From Octopus sinensis (Eukaryota): 64,000 nt of DNA. Position numbers and translations under genes: made by a program. The notes beneath the pieces are model-generated. The model worked only from the letters and a program-made list of their open reading frames with translations, made no database searches and had not been told where the DNA came from. The stretch is taken from the NCBI RefSeq assembly GCF_006345805.1, contig NC_043007.1, forward strand, positions 62,930,001 to 62,994,000, given 5' to 3'. Shown here one piece after another: positions 13,230 to 24,539 of this stretch (position 1 is the stretch's first letter; every line of letters starts with the position of its first letter).

Positions 13230-15460
13230 CTATGCGGAACTGGTGCCGGAAGCATCCCGGGTCTTTGTAGTCACAGCACATCTCCAGAGATCTCGGTCCT
13301 TCGCCATTGCCTCAGTGAGGCCCAACGCTCTGAGGTCATGCTTGACTACCTCATCCCATGTCTTCCTGGGTCTACCTCTCCCCCTGATTCCTTCAACTGT
13401 TTGGGAGCGGCACTTCTTCACACATCTCACCTCATCCATCCGCAGTACATGACCATACCATTGCAAGCTTCGCTCTTGCACACCGCATCTGATGCTTCTT
13501 ATGTCTAGCATTTCTCTCAGGGTGCTTACACTCTGTCGTGCATTCACACTGACATTACACATCCAGTGGATCATGCTAGCTTCATTTCTTTCAAGTCTAC
13601 GCATGTCCTCTGCAGTCACGGCCCATGTTTCACTGCCGTGAAGCATGGCAGTTCGCACACATGCATCATACAATCTACCTTTCACTCTGAGCGAGAGACC
13701 CTTTGTCGCCGGTAGGGGTAGGAGCTTTCTGAACTTTGCCCAGGCTATTCGTATTCTAGTGGTGACACTCTCTGAGCATCCACCTCCACTACTAACTTGG
13801 TCACCCAGGTAGTGGAAACTATCAACTACTTCTAGTTTCTCCCCCTGGAGTGTGATGGAATCTGTTTTCTGAGTATTTGTGGTGTCTATTGTCCCTGTGC
13901 ATCTGCCGCACATGAAAGCTATCTTATCAGTTAATTTCCCTTTGATGTTGCTGCACCTCTTATGCGTCCATAGCTTACACTGGGTGCATCTTATGGAGTT
14001 TCTACCTACACCTTTCCTACAGATCGAGCAGGGCCACCTGCCCGATGGGGTGTGTGCTGAGTTCGCCTTTCTGCTTACTATAACTTTGGTCTTCGCTACA
14101 TTTACTCTAAGGCCCTTTGATTCTAACCCTTGTTTCCACACCCGAAATTTCTTTTCTAGTTCCGGTAGTGATTCTGCTATGAGAGCCAGGTCATCAGCAT
14201 AGAGGAGCTCCCAGGGGCAACCTGTTTTGAATTCCTCTGTTATTGCCTGGAGGACTATGATGAATAAAAGGGGACTGAGGGCTGAGCCTTGGTGTACACC
14301 TACTTCTACCCGGAATTCTTCACTATATTCGTTGCCAATCCTAACCTTGCTGACAGCCTCTCTGTATAGAGCCTGTACAGCCCTTATTAGCCATTCGTCA
14401 ATCTCCAGTTTCCGCATCGACCACCAGATAAGGGATCGGGGAACCCTGTCAAAGGCTTTCTCCAAGTCCACAAAAGCTATGTAGAGGGGTTTATCTTTAG
14501 CTAGGTACTTCTCCTGCAGTTGTCAGACCAGGAATATAGCATCAGTGGTGCTTCTACCCGGCACAAAACCGAACTGCATCTCATCTAAGCAAATTCTCTC
14601 CCTAATGAGATGGGTTATGACCCTCTCTGTGACCTTCGTCACCTGATCCAACAATTTAATACCCCTGTAGTTATTTCTATCCAGAGCATCACCCTTACCC
14701 TTGTAGCAGTTGACTATGGTGCTGCTACACCAGTCATTGAGTATGACTCCATTATGAACTACCTGGTTTACAATGCGGGTGACTAGGCCATAGCCCACAC
14801 AACCAGCTGTTTTAAGCATCTCAGCAGTGATACCTGATGGGCCGGGGGCTTTACCTGGTTTCATACCCTTAATTGCCTTAACTACAAGGGAACTGCCTAT
14901 TTGGATAGCTGATCCCTCTACTGGGTCAACATTTGGCAGGCCCTCCTCCTCCCATTCATTCTCCACATTCAGCAGTCTTTCATAATGTCTTCTCCAAGCC
15001 TCTTTCTTTTCACCAACATTAAAAGCAAGTGCTCCATCATCCATGCAGATACATTTCTCTCCTGTAACATCACTATTTTCTCTCACACACTGTCTAGCAA
15101 TCCGAAATACCTCAGTTCTTTGGTCCTCACGTCGCTGGACATTGGCAAACTTCTTCTTTTCTGCTACATCTTTGGCTATGTATACCTGCCGCCCAGCCTC
15201 CCTTTTGGCTACTTGGTACGGTTCCCTGCTACCCCCATCCCTCCAGGCTCTCCAGGCCTGTTTCTTTGCACTAATGGCTTTGTCTACTGCACTATTCCAC
15301 CACCACCACGTAACTCTAGGTCTGGAAGGGATTTTGCACCATCCACAGACTTGGTCTGTGGCACTCAGCAAGCTGTCCCATAGGAATTTCCAGCAACCTT
15401 CTATGTCCAACGTCTGTAGCTCCTCCTCCCTCTCATCAAATTTCTTGATGAGGATGTCCC
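13230..15460 (-). pseudogene. RTE reverse transcriptase ORF with one premature stop and an internal PHD-type zinc finger
   Basis: ORFs 14523-15503 and 13230-14471 are in the same frame and joined by IFLV*QLQEKY (TGA at 14523-14525). RT motifs NYRGIKLL, QFGF, DLEKAFDRV, GVHQGSALSP, YADD and FHYLG are present. Confidence 0.93.
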
Positions 15461-16060
15461 TATATATATATATAATGGAACTGTGATTATATATATCAGA
15501 CAAAATATATGTTGAAACAATTTGTTGGCCTTTTATGGTTTTTATAACTATTTATGTTATATAATATTATGTTATATATTATATTCATAGTATTTAATGT
15601 AATATTGTAATGTAAATAAATTATTGGATTGTCAATTGAATATTTCTATATTTAATTTATCTTTATAATTGAATTATACGAATATTTATATGGTATCCAA
15701 CTGAAGTACCAGTGAATTGGATGTTTAACACACCTCTTTGAAGGATTTCTTTTCCTCAGTTTGTTACTTTAAGGTAGTACTAAGATTATATTTTTTTTTA
15801 TTATTATTATTTTATATTTAAAAATGTTTTTTTTTTTTAATATCTGCATCTACACTGTTTTAATTTGTTTGAACTCCAACTGACATCAAGTGTTTTGAGG
15901 TATGCACATGGTGCCAGACTGGATTAAAAATAGGAATCTTTGATGACAATTAGAGATGAAGCCTAGCAAAATATTATCTAGATATAAATATTTTAATGTT
16001 TCTTCTCTAATGATCAAATTAATTGTCGAAAATATTTTAATCATACATTTGCTGAATTTA

Positions 16061-16218
16061 TATCTATCTATCCACTCAGTTGAAGTCGACTCTTGGTTAC
16101 TCGTTGGATTAGTGTCCTCCAGTCAGTTCTATCCTGGGCCGCTTCTTTCAGATTGGCTATGTCCATTCCGGTATCACTCTTGATGGTGTCAAGCCAGCGG
16201 GTTCTTGGTTGGCCTTAC
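16061..16218 (-). mobile_element. BovB-like RTE 3' end with (ATAG)n tail, strongly 5'-truncated
   Basis: Minus strand encodes GQPRTRWLDTIKSDTGMDIANLKEAAQDRTDWRTLIQRVTKSRLQLSG*, matching the BovB-type C-terminus as recalled (RWLD...DR.AWR...V.KSR.RLS). Confidence 0.8.
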
Positions 16219-16280
16219 ATAGTATAATTCTTATGTTATAATTCCTGGATATATTTGAACTTGACTATGCGCACAGTACT

Positions 16281-16484
16281 ATGCATTTAAATCAGCCATA
16301 AGTATTCTACTTATCTAATGTTCAGACTGATCACATCCAGTCTCTCACACCTATCTTACCAAGTGATTCTAAAAATAAAGTCACATCATCAAAATCTTAA
16401 AGCTACAAGATAATGCATGATTAATTCAAAACAATGTGAATAAATACGCATTACATTTAACAGTGTAATCTGAATGCTAAAGGG
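16281..16484. mobile_element. piggyBac-type MITE, family 1; left TIR eroded
   Basis: Right end TGAATGCTAAAGGG followed by TTAA at 16485-16488; interior matches 32373-32588. Confidence 0.8.
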
Positions 16485-17742
16485 TTAAATATGTACTCTA
16501 GCTCCCTATTCTCTGTGTTACTGTATTAATTCTTCCATACAAACATTAATACAAATAGTATTATACTGTACTTAGTGCTGCTATTGATCTTGTATATATT
16601 CTTATTATAATTATCAAACATCCTGCAAACACCTCTGATCTATTCAAACTCTACACCAAATACTTGTTACCCTGTGATTTCTACTTAATGACCTCCCAGA
16701 ATCAATTACAACAATCACTATTCATTGATTTAAATTAAACTGTAGTTTGTTATTTTATAGCAGTATTGCTATGAAATAAGTTTATTTTATAGCAGCAGTC
16801 TTTCTGACATTTTAAGGCTGTTCATTATTTATCTGAACAGATGAAACGTTTAAATAGAGATCAAAATTTTTAACTCCCTCAAAATAGATTTTTTTAAAAA
16901 CTGACTTCTATCTATTTTGAAGGATTATGTCTTTCAAATTTAACTTAACAATGTTCTGTTCAGCCAAAAAGGTCATCATTATATATTGTAGCTAATAACT
17001 AGTGCCAACTATTCAACCTTTAACTATTTACTGTTTTACCACTTGCATCATCATCAGCTCTCTACTACTGAATTCACCAATATTACTATGTTTTATACTC
17101 ATCAGTACATCCTAACTCTTTTGTCATATGACTATCCCATTACAGCTGTAAAATGTAACCTCCATTTTGTTTGGCCTTACATCAAATGTTTCTTTTTAAT
17201 TTTTTATATTAAATGTTTTATATTAAATGTTTTTATACATTAAACTTCTCATCTGAAGTTGATTTCACTTTGGAATTGGCACTCTCCTACACTGTACTTT
17301 GTAATAATCGTCAATTTTACATAATCACTACCGTGATCATACACTCCATCCCTACTGCTATTATCACTATATTTAACTAGTGGCTAATGAATAAACCTTC
17401 AAGCTAACTCCAACTGTGTGTTCAGTTATGTGGGATTTAGTTGAAAGTTGAAATGGTTAGGGAGTTAAGGTCTTAAATTTCTATCATTCTACCATTTTTT
17501 TATCTTTTCATTTGTGACAGTAATCTCAATTACCTTTTTTTATAAAATTAATACATTAATAAAGAGACAATTGATTACGGTTTGAAAATTTTTTATTCCT
17601 ACTAAAGTCAATTTAAGATTATTGCTACATGATTTTTACAATCTTGGAATAAATAAATAAATAAAAACACACACACACACAAGTGAACATGGGGAAAAAA
17701 GGTAGCACTCAACACATTTGTTAGGGGTTATAGATATTTTTA

Positions 17743-17820
17743 ATATCTTCATGACTTAGTTTTGTAAGCACATCTATCTCATCAGAGGCTTGAGCGCACC
17801 CTACTCAACCATGAAGGATT
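17743..17820 (-). ncRNA. Candidate decayed minimal type I hammerhead ribozyme motif
   Basis: Minus strand: ATCCTTCAT-[hairpin]-CTGATGA-G(13 nt)C-AAAAC-TAA-GTC-ATGAAGAT. GAAAC appears as AAAAC, the change expected from CpG deamination. Confidence 0.45.
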
Positions 17821-17969
17821 GTTAAGTGGGGTTTAGTTAAACTGTTATTAAGACATATATATATTGTATTTGGTGTAATCATTGTGTAAAATTTGATTAG
17901 TATTTCCACAGTACATACACATCAGTTTTTATTAAGCAAAATTATATGCTTATCCATCTACATATATAT

Positions 17970-18290
17970 TGGTGCAACTACGGCTGCAACATGGTTTATG
18001 ATCTCATCCCATTGTGTGTTATCTTAGGCATGTGTCTCCTACTGCAGCCTTGGGATGACTACTGCCTCGTTAGTGAAATTGGTATGTGAAAACTGTATGA
18101 AGGCCCATTGCATATGTAAGTGCATGTGTGTGTCTTTGCTTTGACACCATTTTAGTGATGAGGAAGATACGTTTATATCTCCCTGAAACTGTATATCCTG
18201 TGGTCCAACAGTTTTGTTAGTGTCAGTGTGTTAAGATCAGTAAAATAGAAAACCCTTACTTGGTGACAAAAAAGGGCATCTGACTGTAGA
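17970..18290 (+). mobile_element. Old SINE, same type as 8612
   Basis: Degenerate head and AAGGGCATCTGACTGTAGA tail motif. Confidence 0.55.
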
Positions 18291-21200
18291 TTTGTCAACC
18301 TCAATAAGGCTTGTGTGTAATGTCTATCAGCTATTAATGTAACATAAGATTATATTAACACTAAACATTTTTCAATCTTGTTAGACCTTTTCAGCAAAGC
18401 ACAGATTTTCTTCTCTACACTTGAGGCTGTGATAAAAAGATCACTAAATAGATGTACAATAGTGTACATAAGTAGGCAAAAAAATTAACATATTAAGAAA
18501 ACTAAATATATCACTGATGTTAATTACTCAGACTCCAGTGAAGTCTATACTTGGCTGAGGTCTAATAATATCAAATCAGCTCTAATATATTTGCCAAAAT
18601 GATTAAAATAACATTGATTATTGATCTAATGTTGCATTTTCCTCACCACATAAGTATTTCTAATGAGATTTTTGATGCTGACTGCATTAAATATGTTAAC
18701 ACTAACTTGATTTATAGTAGACACTTTTGTTGTTATTCTATCCAAGAATTGTATAAACATTGGAGCTCCTCTTCAGTTATGTTACTTGCATGTAACATTT
18801 AAATGTTAAATGAAATTAATCTCTTGTTATCCCATCTGATGACTATTATATGAATTGTTAGTTTAATTTGTAACGGCCATACTGAAACCTTCCACTTACC
18901 TCCTTTTGAGTGTGTGTATGTGAGAGAGAGAGAGATACTCCATTTGATGTTCTAAGGATGTTGTCATTTTCTCTTTTGTCTTAAATTAAGAGCTTATAGT
19001 TAATAGAAGCTACCTATGTTATTAAATAGCCCATACAATTATATTTTACTTAACCTATGACAATCTTTGACTCATATATTTTCACCATTATTATAGAAAT
19101 ATTTAATGAAGGATTCTGTATCAATCATATTGTATTTCTAACAGGTGTGAATTGTGAAGAGTTGGTAGGGTGTCCATCAAAATATTTCAAATGATTTTAA
19201 TAAAATATTGTTACTCTTTTCTTAGTATAATGAGCTAATTTTTCATTTCATTATCGATAATGGACATTTGAATACATTATAAGCAACCAGACAGCAATTA
19301 ATTTGTCTTTAACATCCCTGAGGTATAATTTGCAAACTTTTGTCTGTCTATTGTTCTTTCACTACATTTTGGTCAATATTCCAATAGACTTGTCTATTTT
19401 TGGTGGTCACTTGCAAAGCATTTAACAAGAGGCATGTCAAATTATTTTTCCTTAGCATGATCAGTTAATGACAAAAGAAACAACTAAATATTTGGCTTAT
19501 TGCTTATATGCTTTGCTTGTTCCATAGTCTCATGTTATTATTTATAACCACCATAGTTCTGATTTTATCTTGGCTGTTCATGTTGTTGGAATGCCCACAT
19601 GAGCTCTTACTGAGAACTGCAATACTGAAGTGGTAAATTGATTGCTTTGAGAGTGACTCACACACTGACAGAAAATGTCTGCTTTCTCATTACATATTTC
19701 ACTTGAGGAATTACAGGTTCAATTGGTTCTACATGTTTCATACAAAGAACTCTAAGCTACATGTGAAGCAGTCCATCATCCATACTCTCAACCTTAAATC
19801 TTGTAACTATCTGACTAAAATTGTTGTAGTGTCAGTATGTTCAGATGAAACAAACTGGAGCAATTTCTTGTAGAGGTTGCTTTGCAGAAATAGAAAATTT
19901 AGCTACCTAAAGGCAGAGAATTCAACTTCCAACTAGAGACTTCATGAAATTTCCCCTCTCTGGCCATATATACTCTAAACGCAAAATTTTTTAGGTTCAG
20001 TATCTCCTGACTTTGTAAATATCCACCAATTTGAGATTTGCTTCTCAACATCAAACTAGTTGCTACATATTACAAGTCAACAAATTCTAGAACAATCATT
20101 GACCAAACTGTTCAGCAAGACTGATTTCATGTTGCCAACTGCTATATTGTTTCATGTCAAAGTGACATCTGGTATAGCTGTCAAACAAGACTTGTACATT
20201 CTTTCTATTATTTAATTGGTGCCATAGGTCTGCACAAGTAAAACTGATTGGGAATACTCAATGTCTGTTCTTACATTTAAAGACAAGACTGCATAGAGAT
20301 TTGTTTTCCATTTTAAAACCAAACTTAATACGCCCTATGTAGTAATGCTTACATATGTGAAAGGGTGCACACTTAAGATGTTAAGTATAGTGAAGGAAAG
20401 GCTGGCTATCCTAGTGGATAATACTCTACAACCTTTGATCTGTCATAAAGCTCACAATGGTCTCTTCTACATATTTTGCTTGTATGCAATTTCCAAGGTA
20501 CTGCCTTCTCCTACTGCTCCTTGCTGTTCAGCAACACCAGACTCGTTAACTGTACTAACTTCTCCAGGTTACTACCAATCCCCAAGTCATGGAAGGCCTG
20601 ATAAGGCTGTATGTACTGCTTTGCCCTTTTCCTTCTCAGCATAATGAAAACAAAATCTATTTTATGATGAGATCATAGCTCAGTCTGAACAATTATAAAA
20701 GAACGAATAAATACACGATTCTCCACCCAGCAGATGTATATATTTCACTGCAAAAAGAAAAGAAAAGAAAGCCTATTGATTTAAGGTCTATAGAGTCCAA
20801 AGTATTTAAAGGCAAAGTTGACTTTACCTGACAGGTTTTGAATTCAGGATAGTGAACACACCAAACTTTATATACTTCAAAATCTAACCAAGCCAGATTT
20901 TGTGGCAATATTTTTGAAAGGGACTTCTACTGATACTACATCTATTGATGCAACAAGATTCTAAAATTTATTGGAATAATTCATTAGCATAACTCAGTGT
21001 TTTTGGAATATTAATAACTAAAACTTTCTGAAACAACCAAGATGGTATTTTGGTATAGATTCCATCATTGAGGAAAATAGTTAAAAACACTTGTGTATTG
21101 TCATAGCTATTTCCCACCCACTGATTTATAAAATTATTTCTTCATTCTCACAGTTATTTACAAATATCCTCCTCCCCTCCCTCCTTCCTTTTCATCTAAA

Positions 21201-21459
21201 TGGGAGACAGTTTTTTTTTTCATACTGTGTGTATTTCATAGCTAACCTTATTGTTTGTTATTACAAGGGTTGATTGCCCACATCCTTATTCTGACCTTAT
21301 GGTTACTTATGTGACCTTGTTTCATTAAAAATTGTGTAACCCTGTTATCTTTGGCATATGTATGGTGAGAAAAGAGATATATATATGTGTGCACACATTC
21401 GTATGTTTGCATAATAATTTTTAATCCACATTTTTTACAGCAAATTTTTTACTTATATG

Positions 21460-21462
<3 letters not shown>

Positions 21463-21521
<59 letters not shown>
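21463..21521. repeat. (TA)n microsatellite
   Basis: Directly visible; abuts an RTE/SINE tail. Confidence 0.95.
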
Positions 21522-21527
<6 letters not shown>

Positions 21528-21692
21528 CATCATTTAATGTCTGTTCTCCATTCTGGCATGGAATGGATAGATTGGCAGAATCTGACAAGCCAGAGGACTG
21601 CATCATGCTTCAATGTCTGTTTGGTGCAGTTAAAGTCAACCAATTTATAGTGTGTATTGGGTTACTGGGTGCTTTTTTTCATGGCATCACCA
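21522..21692 (-). mobile_element. RTE/SINE 3' tail fragment
   Basis: CATCATCATCATTTAATGTCTGTTCTCC...GGGTGCTTTTTTCATGGCA matches the reverse complement of the family tail. Confidence 0.7.
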
Positions 21693-22202
21693 CTACTGAG
21701 TCCATCTTGCATTTAAAAAAATGTTAAATGGCTTCTGAATACCAACATATGTAAGCATGCATATACAACATAGTGGATGCATACAACTGTATTTTTATGT
21801 AGAATATATACTTATTAATACAATCTTATGTTTTCACAAAATAAAATGTTTCTGAAAGTTCACACAATCACCATAGTTAAATGTACAACACTTGCACACA
21901 CTTCTCATGCTATAGTGATCAGTATGACATGGATCAAGAATGTATAACATGGAGAATTATTTTGCCTTTATGGCTCAATGTTTAATATATTTTGGTACTT
22001 CATCTATATATGTGGTCAAAAGGTACAGGGAAATAGTGCCTGTGTAATATCAAAATATTAGCCATTTACTGAATTACCGATTAAATTTCACACATTAAAT
22101 ATGCATTTTTGTAATGGATATGAAATCATTTGCTTTTCAGTAATTAATATTTGTAGTTTATGAGCATGTGTTTCGTATACATGAGGTGGAAGATCTCAAT
22201 GA

Positions 22203-22427
<225 letters not shown>

Positions 22428-23169
22428 TAGTGGTGGTTTGTCTGCCTACTCAAAATAACTGACATGAAAACTCTGAGGTTAAAGCTTGACTGTGTTATCC
22501 TTCGCATATAACGTTCAATTCAGTTTCCCTAACTGATAACAAGTATCAATTCAAGAATGAATGGTTATTTGTATAAAGCTGTTTGTCCAATAAAATGGAA
22601 ATTTGCTAAAAATCACACTTTATGCTAGCATTGCAAAACTGATATTAAACTGCAAAAAAATATATTTGTTAATAGTTATGGTTATAGTGCAAAGGATGAT
22701 ATGCATAACCTTAGTTTGCTTAATAGTATATTGTAAGTTCTGCTTTGGCTTTTTCTTTTCCCTTGCAAACAAATTGTGCTTATCAATTTTGCCTTTTGTT
22801 TCTAAGATGTACTAAAATATTTGTAATAATTTGTTATTTAATTATAAAACACTCCCCAGTAAAATTGACTTTGTGCTTACACAAATTAACATAATTATTA
22901 TAGCAGTGAAATTGATAAAAATAGTGTAAATATGGTTTATGGTGTCTAGTTGGCACTTTGTTTTCTTAGACATTCCATCACTACTGGTTATACATCCATT
23001 TTCAGTAACCACAAAGTTGATAAATGCTTTTCAACCTTGTATTTCTCCACAGGTATTACCATATCAAGAATTTTAGGCACTTTCTTCCTACATTTTGTCA
23101 TATAGTGATAGTAGATGTTAAATCTTAGAGAATTTTCAAGATTTTTTACTTAGACTAGAAGACCAATGT

Positions 23170-24110
23170 TCATCATTATCATCATCTTAACTTCTGAGTT
23201 ATCTGTCACATCTCAGCTCCATTCTGCAGCTTAGAGATGCAACACTTTCTTCAATACGTATGCTGTTCTACTTATTGCTACCAACTGAGTACTTCCTATG
23301 AAGTTTAGTATTTTCAGCTTTTAATGCCAGAATATTGCTTCCTTTGACATGATTCCAAGTGTATTGATCACAATAGGTACCACACTCACTTTTGAGTTTT
23401 CGTGGATGCATTTCCTTTCCAATGCTAGGTTTTGGTACTTCCTGACTTTCTCACCCTCTGTCTTCCTCAGTATTCTGGTCTGCAGGTATAGCAATGTTGA
23501 TGAAAGGTCATTCTTTGGACTCCCTCCATAGCGGAGTGCTGTCTGGTCAGTTCTGTTTCAGCTTCTTATCTGTGTATATTGGCATATCCCATGTGAGTTT
23601 CACATGATCATTCTCTGCAACTGCCAAGGTTTGGCGCTCATACCACTTGTTGGAACATTGTAGCCCATACTTCATGCACAACTCTCAGTGTATTTGCACT
23701 GTCATGGCAATTTTTGTACTCCTTTTGGGCTAGTTTTGAGCATCCACTAATATGTCTAACTGGCTCAGATGATCTTTCACATAATCTACACAACGGTGAT
23801 ACTACTATTTTATTAATTCTACACTTGATTGAGTTGGTTCATAAAGCTTATTCTTCAGCAGCCAGAATCAATTCTTTTGTCTTCTTTAAAAAAAACATAT
23901 CTTAACCATCTCCAGGATTTTTTATCAACTCCATTATTGTTATTATTGTTGGCCAAATGGGGAAAATAATAGTCTTCTGAATGAATTAACACTCCTTGTT
24001 TCTTTTGTATACTTGAGCAAAATTCTTTGTATTTTGATAAAGATTCTTGACTGGTGGATTTAAAAGAAAATATTTTGTTGATTAATTTGCTCCTCTGCCA
24101 CAACCACCAC
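23170..24110 (-). mobile_element. R4/Dong-like RLE-endonuclease non-LTR retrotransposon, 3' fragment, decayed
   Basis: Minus-strand pieces: VDKKSWRWLR; CRLCERSSEPVRHISGCSKLAQKEYKNCHD (CCHC); KWYERQ...ENDHVKLTWDMPIYTDKKL; INIAIPADQN; EKVRKYQNLALE; VVPIVINTLG. Ends AYVLKKVLHL* followed by a GAT/AAT tail. Confidence 0.85.
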
Positions 24111-24249
24111 CACCTCTCCTTTCTTCATAGATGGATACAAATCAGTTTACTATGAGAAAAAGAGAAATTCCACAATAGTTGCTTATTTCTTGCATTGATA
24201 TATTATGAATTAATAAAGGCTGGGTAAAGTTAGTTCAATCAAACCAGTA

Positions 24250-24355
24250 TATTACTGGTAGCTATTTTATCAACTCCTAAGTAATAAAAGGCAGAAAGCA
24301 ACCCCAGTAAGATTTGCACTTTAAGTGTAGAGGAATAGATCTGAATACTGATTGA
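24250..24355 (-). mobile_element. Decayed SINE fragment (ACTGGTA...AAAGGCA...ATTTG.ACT type)
   Basis: Resembles a common octopus SINE recalled from memory; similar pieces at ~20808-20860 and ~60700-60800. Confidence 0.45.
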
Positions 24356-24539
24356 CTTTTAGTCCAAATTTCTACCATTTCTGTCAATTTACTACTCTCT
24401 AATAGTTAGCATGAAAGTTATTTTAGCTGTGCATGATAGGTAGTTTGTTTCTTTTTCAAATCAGCTTTGTTCAACCAGATCTGTAATCAGAAAGCATTCT
24501 AGCCAATCTTTTTCTCGGAACAATACATTAATGACAACA

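Larger units (their letters stand above)
12718..15460 (-). mobile_element. RTE-clade LINE, 5'-truncated (2.74 kb), flanked by TA runs
   Basis: RT ORF, 3' UTR and (ATG)n tail at 12718-12738. The 5' junction abuts (TA)n at 15461. Confidence 0.95.
9898..15679. mobile_element. Foldback-like element with ~270-bp inverted arms; right arm interrupted by a microsatellite and RTE insertions
   Basis: 10009-10039 is a perfect 31-bp reverse complement of 15515-15545. 10102-10124 is a perfect 23-bp reverse complement of 10419-10441. The arms are collinear between these blocks. Confidence 0.8.

Noticed and set aside
17085-17106. CTGATGAGTATAAAACATAGTA on the minus strand
   Set aside because: No room for stem II and no stem I; likely chance in AT-rich DNA.
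19600-20200. Possible ancient hAT-like transposase remnant
   Set aside because: Only vague similarity; too decayed to support.
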